DNA of 62,532 bases, filler included, from 4 parts of 4 records of this genome joined end to end with filler, not necessarily neighbours in it, one strand, 5' to 3'; shown: positions 1 to 6,621, counted from the first letter of the whole stretch. A program made the numbers and translations. The notes: generated by a model from the sequence alone, not told the origin.

Positions 1-53
1 GAATCGGGTTTTTCTACAGCCTCGTTATGCCCTTTTAGGTCGGGACACCTAGT

Positions 54-374
54 ATGGAATTGAGCACACCGGCAGCTATGCCATTTACGCGGGAAGCAGC
101 GCTCAAAATGCTGAAGTGGGGTGCAGAGCCGTTGACATCCCCTTACTCCCACAAACAAATTGCGGAGTGGTGCGATAGATTCTGGTGCAGGTACCTCGAT
201 GTTGATGCGGAGCCGGGAATTGAGTCGCTACTGCCAGTCCTCACTGAGGTGGAAACTCAGTGGGATCTATATCTGGCGAACACCTATTCACTTGAGGAGC
301 TCCGAGCGAAAAATTTCGAGGAAGAGCAAATGCCTACGGAGTGGTTTCGTGATTGGCTCCAGCAACTGGCATAA
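54..374 (+). CDS. Cassette 1 hypothetical protein (106 aa, acidic, Trp-rich)
   Basis: ORF fills the cassette; stop TAA lies inside inverse core GCATAAC. Confidence 0.8.
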   Translation: MELSTPAAMPFTREAALKMLKWGAEPLTSPYSHKQIAEWCDRFWCRYLDVDAEPGIESLLPVLTEVETQWDLYLANTYSLEELRAKNFEEEQMPTEWFRDWLQQLA

Positions 375-441
375 CCAGGTGGTCAACGGGACGCTGGTTT
401 TCCGCTGCGCTCCAGACCAGCCGCAAATGCGGGCGTTAGGT
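369..441 (+). repeat. attC site 1 (73 bp; cores intact, L boxes not complementary)
   Basis: R'' GCATAAC 369-375, R' GTTAGGT 435-441, inner stem GCTGGTTT/AGACCAGC. Confidence 0.88.
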
Positions 442-452
442 AGGTGTTGAGG

Positions 453-1118
453 ATGCCCCGATATCTATTGTTCAAGTTTGGTGAAAAAGAGCACATGGAA
501 GCTCTAATGAACAGTGGGGAGCTGTACCTGCAGACGCTTGGTCACTACTCAGACTTGGAGCATCGTGAGCGTGGCGATAAGTACGAGGGTGTGGTCACTG
601 TCAGGTCATCAAACGGCGGGACTTTAAAGCTCAAACATCGAGAAACCGGGGAAGAGCACGCTATTCAACTGACATACAGTCAGATGCGAGAGTCCGATAG
701 TTCACTTAAAGCCGTTAACGTCTACTGTCTATATTGTTTGCAGTTTGAAGAAACAGATAGTCCAGAAATTGGCATGCGGTTCAGCGTCGATGTGATAAAT
801 GGCTTTGGTGATGCCGCTGTAATGATTTACGACGTGGATGAATTTCTAAACCGTGTGGTCAAAGCAGCGGAAGAAGAGGGATCTATCGTCATGCACAGGA
901 TGGTTCGGTATCTAGATCTGAAAGACTATACCGGTGACCTTGGCCCATTCAGGAAGGATTCTAGGTTTTCCCACCAGAGTGAGTACAGAATTGCAGTAGG
1001 TACCCCAGAGCGAAACGGTGAGGCAATAAAGCTGAAGGTTGGATCGCTTGACGGAATTGCAACGCTAATGACTTCAGATGACGTCCAAAAACTTAAGTTT
1101 CATGTTGCTGACGACTGA
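453..1118 (+). CDS. Cassette 2 hypothetical protein, possibly DUF2971-like / ADP-ribosyltransferase-like fold
   Basis: ORF fills the cassette (ATG 453; ORF track starts 444). Motifs LFKF, GDKYEG, VYCLY, KDSRFSHQSEYRI. Fold call is inference. Confidence 0.75.
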   Translation: MPRYLLFKFGEKEHMEALMNSGELYLQTLGHYSDLEHRERGDKYEGVVTVRSSNGGTLKLKHRETGEEHAIQLTYSQMRESDSSLKAVNVYCLYCLQFEETDSPEIGMRFSVDVINGFGDAAVMIYDVDEFLNRVVKAAEEEGSIVMHRMVRYLDLKDYTGDLGPFRKDSRFSHQSEYRIAVGTPERNGEAIKLKVGSLDGIATLMTSDDVQKLKFHVADD

Positions 1119-1121
1119 ACT

Positions 1122-1199
1122 ACCTAACCATCGGCTGCACAGCGACCGATTCTCCGCCGCTTCGCGGCTCCAAAATTGCCGCAAAGTTCAGCGTTAAAA
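1122..1199 (+). repeat. attC site 2 (78 bp; cores intact, arms mismatched)
   Basis: R'' ACCTAAC 1122-1128 complements GTTAGGT at 435; R' GTTAAAA 1193-1199; central GCCGC-TTC-GCGGC hairpin. Confidence 0.88.
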
Positions 1200-1200
1200 C

Positions 1201-1791
1201 ATGAAACTAGCCGATAGCATTCAGGAACACAGGAAATTGCAGCTTTGGTTTGATCAACAGTTGAGTGAAGTGCCATATCCAAACTCGCCAAGAAATCGCT
1301 TGGCATGCGCCTGTTTTGACATGGTTTTAGAACACTACAAGGCAATTACGGAGCTAATTAATCTGAGATTGCCTGGCTCGGCTTTTGCGCTATCTCGCCT
1401 ACTATTCGAATCTTGTGTGCGCGGTATTTGGCTCCAGCGATGTGCGACGGAGAAGGATGTTGATCGTTACCAACGAGACAAGCTCGACAAGAAAATATTT
1501 GAGCTAATTGCAGACGTCGAGAGAACCGAAGGGTTCGAGGAACAGACATTTTCGAAGGCCAAAGCTAAAACTTGGAAACCGCTAAATAGCCTTACTCACA
1601 GTGGTTATGAGCAGCTTGGCCGGCGGTTCAATGGGAATATTCAGGAACCGAGCTACTCAGATTCGGATCAGATGATCATGCTCAACCATGCCAAAGCGCT
1701 GGCTTTCATCTCTGTTCATATGGTGTCGCTCGTGAGCAATAACGCAGAGCTACAGACGGCAATTGACGCAAAGGTTGAGCGGGGTCTTTGA
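1201..1791 (+). CDS. Cassette 3 protein, DUF5677/DUF6988-like all-helical (HEPN-like) family
   Basis: 196 aa; motifs SAFALSRLLFES..RGIWL and W..LNSLTHSG; ATG immediately follows the core site with no SD. Confidence 0.75.
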   Translation: MKLADSIQEHRKLQLWFDQQLSEVPYPNSPRNRLACACFDMVLEHYKAITELINLRLPGSAFALSRLLFESCVRGIWLQRCATEKDVDRYQRDKLDKKIFELIADVERTEGFEEQTFSKAKAKTWKPLNSLTHSGYEQLGRRFNGNIQEPSYSDSDQMIMLNHAKALAFISVHMVSLVSNNAELQTAIDAKVERGL

Positions 1792-1794
1792 ATG

Positions 1795-1852
1795 TTTTAA
1801 CAAGGCGCGTAAGGCGGACGGCCTTCAGCCGGCGCTTCGCTTGGCGTTAGGC
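1795..1852 (+). repeat. attC site 3 (58 bp, fully intact)
   Basis: R'' TTTTAAC, L'' GCG(T)AAG pairing with L' CTTCGC with an extrahelical base, CGGC/GCCG stem, R' GTTAGGC 1846-1852. Confidence 0.9.
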
Positions 1853-1883
1853 GTCATCTGCGGTTACCTTCCTAATCAGAGTT

Positions 1884-1912
1884 TTGATTCGCTGCCTGAG
1901 TGGAGATACACT
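1884..1912 (+). promoter_or_regulatory. Cassette-internal sigma70-type promoter
   Basis: TTGATT (1884-1889), 17 bp spacer, TACACT (1907-1912). Confidence 0.65.
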
Positions 1913-1918
1913 GATTTC

Positions 1919-2060
1919 GTGCCATTGGGGCTGGCCCGCTCGTCCGTGCGAAGATCTCATCAGCCTCCAGATTGAACATACAACCTTGACCCAGGTTTGT
2001 TTTCTCGACCCAGATTACGGACGCAAAAGCCTAGAGAGCAGACTTGGTAGGACAAGGGGT
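1919..2060 (+). ncRNA. Candidate structured leader / ncRNA upstream of cassette 4 ORF
   Basis: Stems 1920-24/2045-49, 1927-34/1960-67, 1982-86/1993-97 and 1998-2005/2033-40, plus loop-loop pairing CGTCCGTG 1941-48 with TACGGACG 2016-23. Repeats CTYGACCCAG at 1985 and 2004. Confidence 0.55.
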
Positions 2061-2065
2061 ATGTC

Positions 2066-2515
2066 ATGCCACAGATTGACTATTTCAAGGCTCAAGCCAA
2101 GAAGCTTTTCAAAGACTATCGAACCCAGTCAACCTATACAGATGAGGTCGGCGGATTCAATTACTTTACCTACTCTCCAAAGTTCTTCGACATCGACCGA
2201 ATATTCATCGAGTATGATTGGGACGAGGAGAACTTCACACTAATGAAGGCGCAACACCTGTTTGCGCTTCTAGTCGGATTTGAGAAGTGGAGTGATCTGG
2301 TTCAGGCTTCAAGCGACGAGCTTGAACTTGCGAAACTACTCTGGGAAAACCAGCATAAGATCCATCTGGAAGAGTGGGGTGCCTACATCTTGCAAGTTGA
2401 AGCAGGTAACGGCATCAAGCTCACGGCCAGTGAAAAGCTGGATGTCTTTACCCATGTATTCGTCAAGTTAGACGGGCACTCCAGTCCGTTTGGTGACTAT
2501 CGCCTAAAATTATGA
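2066..2515 (+). CDS. Cassette 4 hypothetical protein with KxQAKxL...AQxxxAxxxGFxxWxxL helical module
   Basis: 149 aa ORF; SD-like AAGGGG 2054-2059. Confidence 0.8.
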   Translation: MPQIDYFKAQAKKLFKDYRTQSTYTDEVGGFNYFTYSPKFFDIDRIFIEYDWDEENFTLMKAQHLFALLVGFEKWSDLVQASSDELELAKLLWENQHKIHLEEWGAYILQVEAGNGIKLTASEKLDVFTHVFVKLDGHSSPFGDYRLKL

Positions 2516-2547
2516 AAAAACTAATCGGTAGTCGTGAACTGGAAGAC

Positions 2548-2619
2548 GCCTACCAAGTGCGTCAGCGGGGCCGGTTTTCCGCTGGCGCTCCAAACCGGCC
2601 CGTTACGCTGGCGATAGAG
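2548..2619 (+). repeat. attC site 4 with both core sites mutated
   Basis: R'' GCCTACC (AAC>ACC), R' GATAGAG (GTT>GAT); arms GCGT(C)AGCGGG/CCCGTTACGC and GCCGGTTT/AAACCGGC still pair. Confidence 0.85.
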
Positions 2620-2626
2620 GCTCAGT

Positions 2627-2908
2627 GTGAATCAGATTGAACTCGTATCGAACCTGATTAAGCCTTGGGCAGAGCTAGACATTGAGGCGGTTTCTCCTAG
2701 AGAAGTTGTTCTGGCCGCACTCAGATGGCCAACCGATGGCTGGGCTTCTGAGGCTCTGGATTGGCTTGAGCAGGGAGTTGAAATAGATAGCGAAGTTGCG
2801 GCAGAGCTAGAGAGCTTCGCCTCTAATAAGCAAAACTCCCAGTCAAAGAGGCATCAGGCATTTACCCTTGCCAAGCGGTGGCAGCGTATTCATGAGTCGC
2901 GCCCCTAA
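2627..2908 (+). CDS. Cassette 5 hypothetical protein (93 aa, helical)
   Basis: GTG start after GAGG; stop inside CCCTAAC inverse core. Confidence 0.75.
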   Translation: MNQIELVSNLIKPWAELDIEAVSPREVVLAALRWPTDGWASEALDWLEQGVEIDSEVAAELESFASNKQNSQSKRHQAFTLAKRWQRIHESRP

Positions 2909-2962
2909 CCAATGGGGGAAGTCCATGGCCCACCGGAGCGCTGCAAAACCAGAGCGTTATGC
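2903..2962 (+). repeat. Degenerate att site 5 (cores present, no pairing arms)
   Basis: CCCTAAC 2903-2909 and GTTATGC 2956-2962; right part nearly identical to 6117-6134. Confidence 0.65.
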
Positions 2963-3012
2963 ATAATCGCGTTTGGCGTAGATAGAGAAATAAGTAAGCA
3001 GGGAAGCAGAGA

Positions 3013-3696
3013 ATGAAAGAAAAAACACAGGTCTACATTTCTTTAGTGTTTTCAATAATAGCTATTTCACTTTCGGTGAGTTCATTCTATATGGAGTGGT
3101 GGCACGAAGAATCCAAGCTTTCTATGAAAATCATTGAATTTGGATTTGGTACAGAAATTAAGAACAATCCAATATGCACGATGGACGTGGCTCTATTTAA
3201 TTATGGTAACAAGGATAGTGCGTTATTAAGAGTAACGCTCCATCACGAAAAGGTTAAGAACACGAATAATTCAATTAGTACAAGTGGTGTTGGGTTTTTT
3301 CCAGTCAACTACGATATGGGATTCACTGATATAGTTCTAAGTCCCGGTAAGATTAGACGGGTTGAGCTTACATTCCAAAACTGCACTGCAGAAGAGCTCA
3401 TGGCGAGAACAAAAAGTGAAGGTGCGAATTTACTGTATTTGAGAGCCGCAGCGTTAGGTTACAGGGGAGAAACATCACGTGTTGATGTGGCTTTCGCCAA
3501 GACACTTTTATCAGAACAAGACGCCCTCAAGATACCAGTGTTTAACGAAGGTCAGTTTGATTTGATGGGACACGGTAAAAAGTATCGGGGCGAGCAGATT
3601 GATAGTGAAAATGTTTATAGTTTTATGAGAAATGAAGAAGGGGTTCTTGAATCTATATATGTAGAGAACACTACTACCCCGTGGTCTATTGAATGA
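3013..3696 (+). CDS. Cassette 6 hypothetical protein with N-terminal membrane anchor (AT-rich)
   Basis: 227 aa; hydrophobic residues 7-26. Confidence 0.8.
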   Translation: MKEKTQVYISLVFSIIAISLSVSSFYMEWWHEESKLSMKIIEFGFGTEIKNNPICTMDVALFNYGNKDSALLRVTLHHEKVKNTNNSISTSGVGFFPVNYDMGFTDIVLSPGKIRRVELTFQNCTAEELMARTKSEGANLLYLRAAALGYRGETSRVDVAFAKTLLSEQDALKIPVFNEGQFDLMGHGKKYRGEQIDSENVYSFMRNEEGVLESIYVENTTTPWSIE

Positions 3697-3710
3697 AATC
3701 AATCTACTAA

Positions 3711-3737
3711 TTTTGCCTACAGATGCGCACGTTAACA
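3711..3737 (+). repeat. attC right-arm remnant (site 6)
   Basis: TTTTGCCTACAGATGCGCAC-GTTAACA resembles the right arms of sites 1 and 2; no R'' found upstream. Confidence 0.45.
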
Positions 3738-3751
3738 GACGATAGGAAAGT

Positions 3752-4048
3752 ATGAGAATCACTAAAACAGCGTTAGCTCTCTGCTGTCTTTATTTGATTG
3801 TCTCATTTTGCTTCGTAATATGGGCGCAGTTCGTCAGCGATCCGAAAGGAAAGTATATTTTTTTTCAAATGCCCGTCGTACTCCAACATGGCTTGCTCTT
3901 GGCGTTCGACACAACTCGTATACTGAAGAATATGAGCTGGGTTGAAATCTATCTTGTTCTTGGTCTTCCCATGCTGGGCTTTTTGATCCTGTTAGGCTCC
4001 TTAATCGAGACCTTTGTCTTTAAGATCTGGGCTGGTAACAATCGGTAG
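3752..4048 (+). CDS. Cassette 7 small membrane protein (2-3 TM)
   Basis: 98 aa hydrophobic ORF; AGGA SD; ends over TGGTAAC inverse core. Confidence 0.75.
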   Translation: MRITKTALALCCLYLIVSFCFVIWAQFVSDPKGKYIFFQMPVVLQHGLLLAFDTTRILKNMSWVEIYLVLGLPMLGFLILLGSLIETFVFKIWAGNNR

Positions 4049-4058
4049 CAACGGACTT
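4033..4058 (+). repeat. attC left-arm remnant (site 7), truncated
   Basis: CTGGTAAC nearly complements GTTAACAG at 3731 and is followed by AATCGGTAGCAACGGAC; no right arm. Confidence 0.5.
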
Positions 4059-4095
4059 TGGACTTCCCGTAAGGTAGTAGACACGTATCGCTAAT
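4059..4095. mobile_element. Possible IS3-family terminal inverted repeat remnant
   Basis: TGGACTTCCCGTAAGGTAGTAGACACG has the TG..CTT.CC...TAGT.GACAC pattern of IS3 ends as I recall them; no transposase follows. Confidence 0.35.
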
Positions 4096-4182
4096 CGTAG
4101 GGTGTACCCACAAACAGGAAACACCTTCTATAGCTAGGGAAGCCCTTGGCTCAAAGTGCTCCATAAACCACGGAGGGATTAT

Positions 4183-4593
4183 ATGGAAATCAAGTGTATC
4201 TCAGGTTTTGCGTCCATAACCAAAGACCCTGCGGCCAGTGCGTCTCTGTATGAGGATGCGCTGGGCTTGCCGCTGGAGAAGATGGACGACTATCGCTTCA
4301 TGGATAAATTCCCCGGAGCGAACCATTTCGGAGTATGGCCCCTTTCGATGGCAGCGAACTCTTGTTTTGGCCAGGAGGAATGGCCCGGCCATATTCCTGA
4401 GCCGACGGCGACCATTGAATTCGAGTTGGCGGATGCGGCGGCTGTAGAGGCGGCAGTGCAAGAGATGAAGGAAAGGGGGCAGGAATTCGTTCATGAAACC
4501 CGCACTGAACCCTGGGGGCAGACGGTGGCCCGGTTTATGAGCCCCGAGGGTGTGTTGGTTGGCCTGAGTTATGCGCCATGGCTTCATGAATAA
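4183..4593 (+). CDS. VOC / glyoxalase family protein (cassette 8)
   Basis: GGAGG SD; FYxDALG-like YEDALGL, EPWGQTVARFMSPEG. Confidence 0.85.
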   Translation: MEIKCISGFASITKDPAASASLYEDALGLPLEKMDDYRFMDKFPGANHFGVWPLSMAANSCFGQEEWPGHIPEPTATIEFELADAAAVEAAVQEMKERGQEFVHETRTEPWGQTVARFMSPEGVLVGLSYAPWLHE

Positions 4594-4595
4594 TA

Positions 4596-4671
4596 GCCTG
4601 ACTGTGACGTCAACTCGGATGTGCTTGTCCGCTGATGCTCCAACGCCAGCCGGCTACGCCTTGCATTTAAA
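4596..4671 (+). repeat. Degenerate attC site 8
   Basis: GCCTGAC (from RYYTAAC), CGTCAACTCGG/CCGGCTACG arms, TCCGCTGATGCTCCAA loop, R' eroded to ATTTAAA. Confidence 0.65.
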
Positions 4672-4687
4672 CATTATGGAAACCCGC

Positions 4688-5020
4688 ATGATTAATAAGG
4701 CAGTTTTAGTTATTTTGTTTCTACTATCAGGACCAGCTCTCGCTGAGGAAAAACCGCCTGAGCTTTGGTCATGGTTTAAAGATCTGAACAAATCCAAAGA
4801 GGCTTGCGAGATACAGAGCTCGTACGCCCTGCAAGTCTTGGGGCTGGAGAATCAGGTTGAGAATGAGTACGGAATTTACGGGAACGTAAAGTCGAACCGT
4901 GTTGTGGTTAAATGTATAGAAATAGCGCCTAATCAAAGCAAGCTCATGGTTGCGGTTGCCGGCTACAACAGGGATTCGGTTGAGCTTGTAAGAAATAAAA
5001 TTATTGATTCGATTCAGTAG
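4688..5020 (+). CDS. Cassette 9 secreted hypothetical protein
   Basis: Signal peptide MINKAVLVILFLLSGPALA; two Cys. Confidence 0.75.
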   Translation: MINKAVLVILFLLSGPALAEEKPPELWSWFKDLNKSKEACEIQSSYALQVLGLENQVENEYGIYGNVKSNRVVVKCIEIAPNQSKLMVAVAGYNRDSVELVRNKIIDSIQ

Positions 5021-5052
5021 TATAGAGTCATTGGCAGGGCTAGAACGACGAC

Positions 5053-5117
5053 GCCTATGGTTCCAGCATTTCGGCTTTTCCTTCATTTCATAGCCGCGCA
5101 TGTTACTGGCGTTATAT
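5053..5117 (+). repeat. Degenerate attC site 9
   Basis: CGGCT 5072/AGCCG 5092 stem and GGC-GTTATAT core 5111-5117; R'' eroded. Confidence 0.5.
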
Positions 5118-5135
5118 CGACAAAAGGTGCAATTC

Positions 5136-5549
5136 ATGAGCGAGCTGTTCGAATTTGGTAAAGGCATATTAGAGAGTCAGCCATTTAGCGTGTTGCTTGG
5201 CACTGAGCTTGAAGTGTTTGAGCCGGGTACTGCGGTTCTCACGCTTGAGGTGCGCGAGGAGCTGAAGCAGCAGCATGGTTTCGTCCACGGCGGTGTTCTC
5301 AGTTATCTGGCAGACAACGCACTGACCTATGCAGGCGGTTCGGTGCTGGGCGATTCGGTTACCTCCGAATTCAAGATCAATTATTTGCGTCCTGCTATCG
5401 GTAGAAAACTGGTGGCCAAAGCGACCGTGCTCTCGTCAGGAAGGAACCAGGCGGTTTGTCAGTGCAATGTGGTTGCGGTTGGCGATGACGGAGAGCCTAT
5501 CGTTGCGGTTGCCCAGGGCACCATCACGAAGGCTGGTCCAAAGACATAA
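5136..5549 (+). CDS. PaaI-family hotdog thioesterase (cassette 10)
   Basis: QQHGFVHGGVLSYLADNAL, KINYLRPA motifs. Confidence 0.9.
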   Translation: MSELFEFGKGILESQPFSVLLGTELEVFEPGTAVLTLEVREELKQQHGFVHGGVLSYLADNALTYAGGSVLGDSVTSEFKINYLRPAIGRKLVAKATVLSSGRNQAVCQCNVVAVGDDGEPIVAVAQGTITKAGPKT

Positions 5550-5627
5550 TCATGTCAGTCCTGGCGAGGCCTGCGGCATTGAGGTTTCGCTTTCATAACG
5601 TGAGCGTGCGCACTGGCGGCGTTGTAT
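5544..5627 (+). repeat. Degenerate attC site 10
   Basis: ACATAAT over the stop codon; CAGT/ACTG arms; GGC-GTTGTAT 5621-5627. Confidence 0.5.
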
Positions 5628-5642
5628 GGAGAAGTCAGTCCT

Positions 5643-6098
5643 ATGACTAAGGGAATTTCGTTCACGCTGGGCATCATTCTGGCGATTTGGTTCTCGCTCG
5701 TTTTCCCCATCCTTTTCCCCTACCTGTTTATCGATGTGAGCCTCGATCCAGTGGTTGGTGGTTGCCTGGAGTCGGCATCGCAGACTATCTGTACATTCCT
5801 TGCGGCAGCTTTTCTGTGGGGTATGACATTACCCCTGAATGCAGTGGTGTTGATCGGCGGCGCTGTTGCTATCGCCGTGATCTATAGCCACGCTTCCGAG
5901 TCGCCACTTAGTGTAGGGTGGGTGGTAGCTGGTCACGTGGTTTATATCACTATGGCGATTGCCTTCAGTGAGTATGAGGGCGCGCGCATTCTGTCTTGGC
6001 ATACCGCCACCACGATTATTACTCACGCGCTGTTGCTGGTAGTTGGTCTTCACGTTGGGGCCCGTTTAACGAGGGAATCACGTGCGCTACGGTCTTGA
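5643..6098 (+). CDS. Cassette 11 membrane protein (~4 TM)
   Basis: GGAG SD; highly hydrophobic ORF. Confidence 0.75.
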   Translation: MTKGISFTLGIILAIWFSLVFPILFPYLFIDVSLDPVVGGCLESASQTICTFLAAAFLWGMTLPLNAVVLIGGAVAIAVIYSHASESPLSVGWVVAGHVVYITMAIAFSEYEGARILSWHTATTIITHALLLVVGLHVGARLTRESRALRS

Positions 6099-6105
6099 GG
6101 GCGTA

Positions 6106-6136
6106 TACCGAACGGAGCAAAACCATAGCGTTATCT
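6106..6136 (+). repeat. Short att remnant (site 11), copy of site 5 right end
   Basis: GCAAAACCATAGCGTTAT 6117-6134 versus GCAAAACCAGAGCGTTAT 2943-2960. Confidence 0.55.
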
Positions 6137-6147
6137 GTAGGTAATTT

Positions 6148-6621
6148 ATGATAAGTAAAAAATTTTCTTATATAGCGATAGTCATTTCTATAGTTTTTGC
6201 ACAGAAGTCTATCGCTATCGAAGGGATTTCGGATTCGGATTTAAGAGCGTATTCAATTTCATCCGAGAACATGTTCGGGAAGCTTCTGGTATGTGAGAGT
6301 TTCGATGCTTGCGTATATTACGTCCTCGACGACCTATATAGTAGGTTCGATTATGCAATGAGGAGTGAAGCTATAGATGAATTGAACTTACTAGATCCAA
6401 ACGGGCAACTTATATTGTTTGACCTGTATCTGGATGACAATGCGTCTGTTGAGAAATATGAAATTGTAGATAAGAGTGGCATGGAGGCGTGTGATCGCGT
6501 TTCAGAGTTGGTTATACGTGCAACAAAGTCATTTCCATATCTACTGGGTTTAAGTGACGAAGTTTATGAAACGAGCTTCAGGAAATTTCGGGTTGGGTTT
6601 CCATGTGGTGATAGCGCATAG
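6148..6621 (+). CDS. Cassette 12 secreted protein, possible TonB/TolA C-terminal-like domain
   Basis: Signal peptide; KSGMEACDRVSELVIRATKSFP resembles the SSG..xD..a...i...pfP pattern. Confidence 0.7.
   Translation: MISKKFSYIAIVISIVFAQKSIAIEGISDSDLRAYSISSENMFGKLLVCESFDACVYYVLDDLYSRFDYAMRSEAIDELNLLDPNGQLILFDLYLDDNASVEKYEIVDKSGMEACDRVSELVIRATKSFPYLLGLSDEVYETSFRKFRVGFPCGDSA

Larger units (their letters stand above)
24..6621 (+). mobile_element. Integron gene-cassette array (about 12 cassettes; integrase and attI not in window; CALIN or distal part of a chromosomal integron)
   Basis: Short unrelated same-strand ORFs are each bracketed by a GTT core and an inverse core that is its reverse complement: GTTATGC 24/GCATAAC 369; GTTAGGT 435/ACCTAAC 1122; GTTAAAA 1193/TTTTAAC 1795; GTTAGGC 1846/GCCTACC 2548. 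Spacers are 58-84 bp imperfect palindromes sharing a TCCGC..GCTCCA loop. Confidence 0.92.

Noticed and set aside
1884-2243. 119-aa ORF covering the cassette 4 leader
   Set aside because: TTG start coincides with the -35 box, there is no SD, it overlaps the better ORF out of frame, and its composition is Ser/Thr/Arg-rich and unprotein-like.
369-2619. Repeats with unique spacers as a CRISPR array
   Set aside because: Spacers are whole genes, repeats are divergent attC palindromes, and there are no cas genes. No CRISPR was seen anywhere in the window.
2916-4068. 10-bp inverted match GGGAAGTCCA (2916) / TGGACTTCCC (4059) as transposon ends
   Set aside because: 10-bp matches are expected by chance over several kb, the orientation faces outward, and there is no target duplication.
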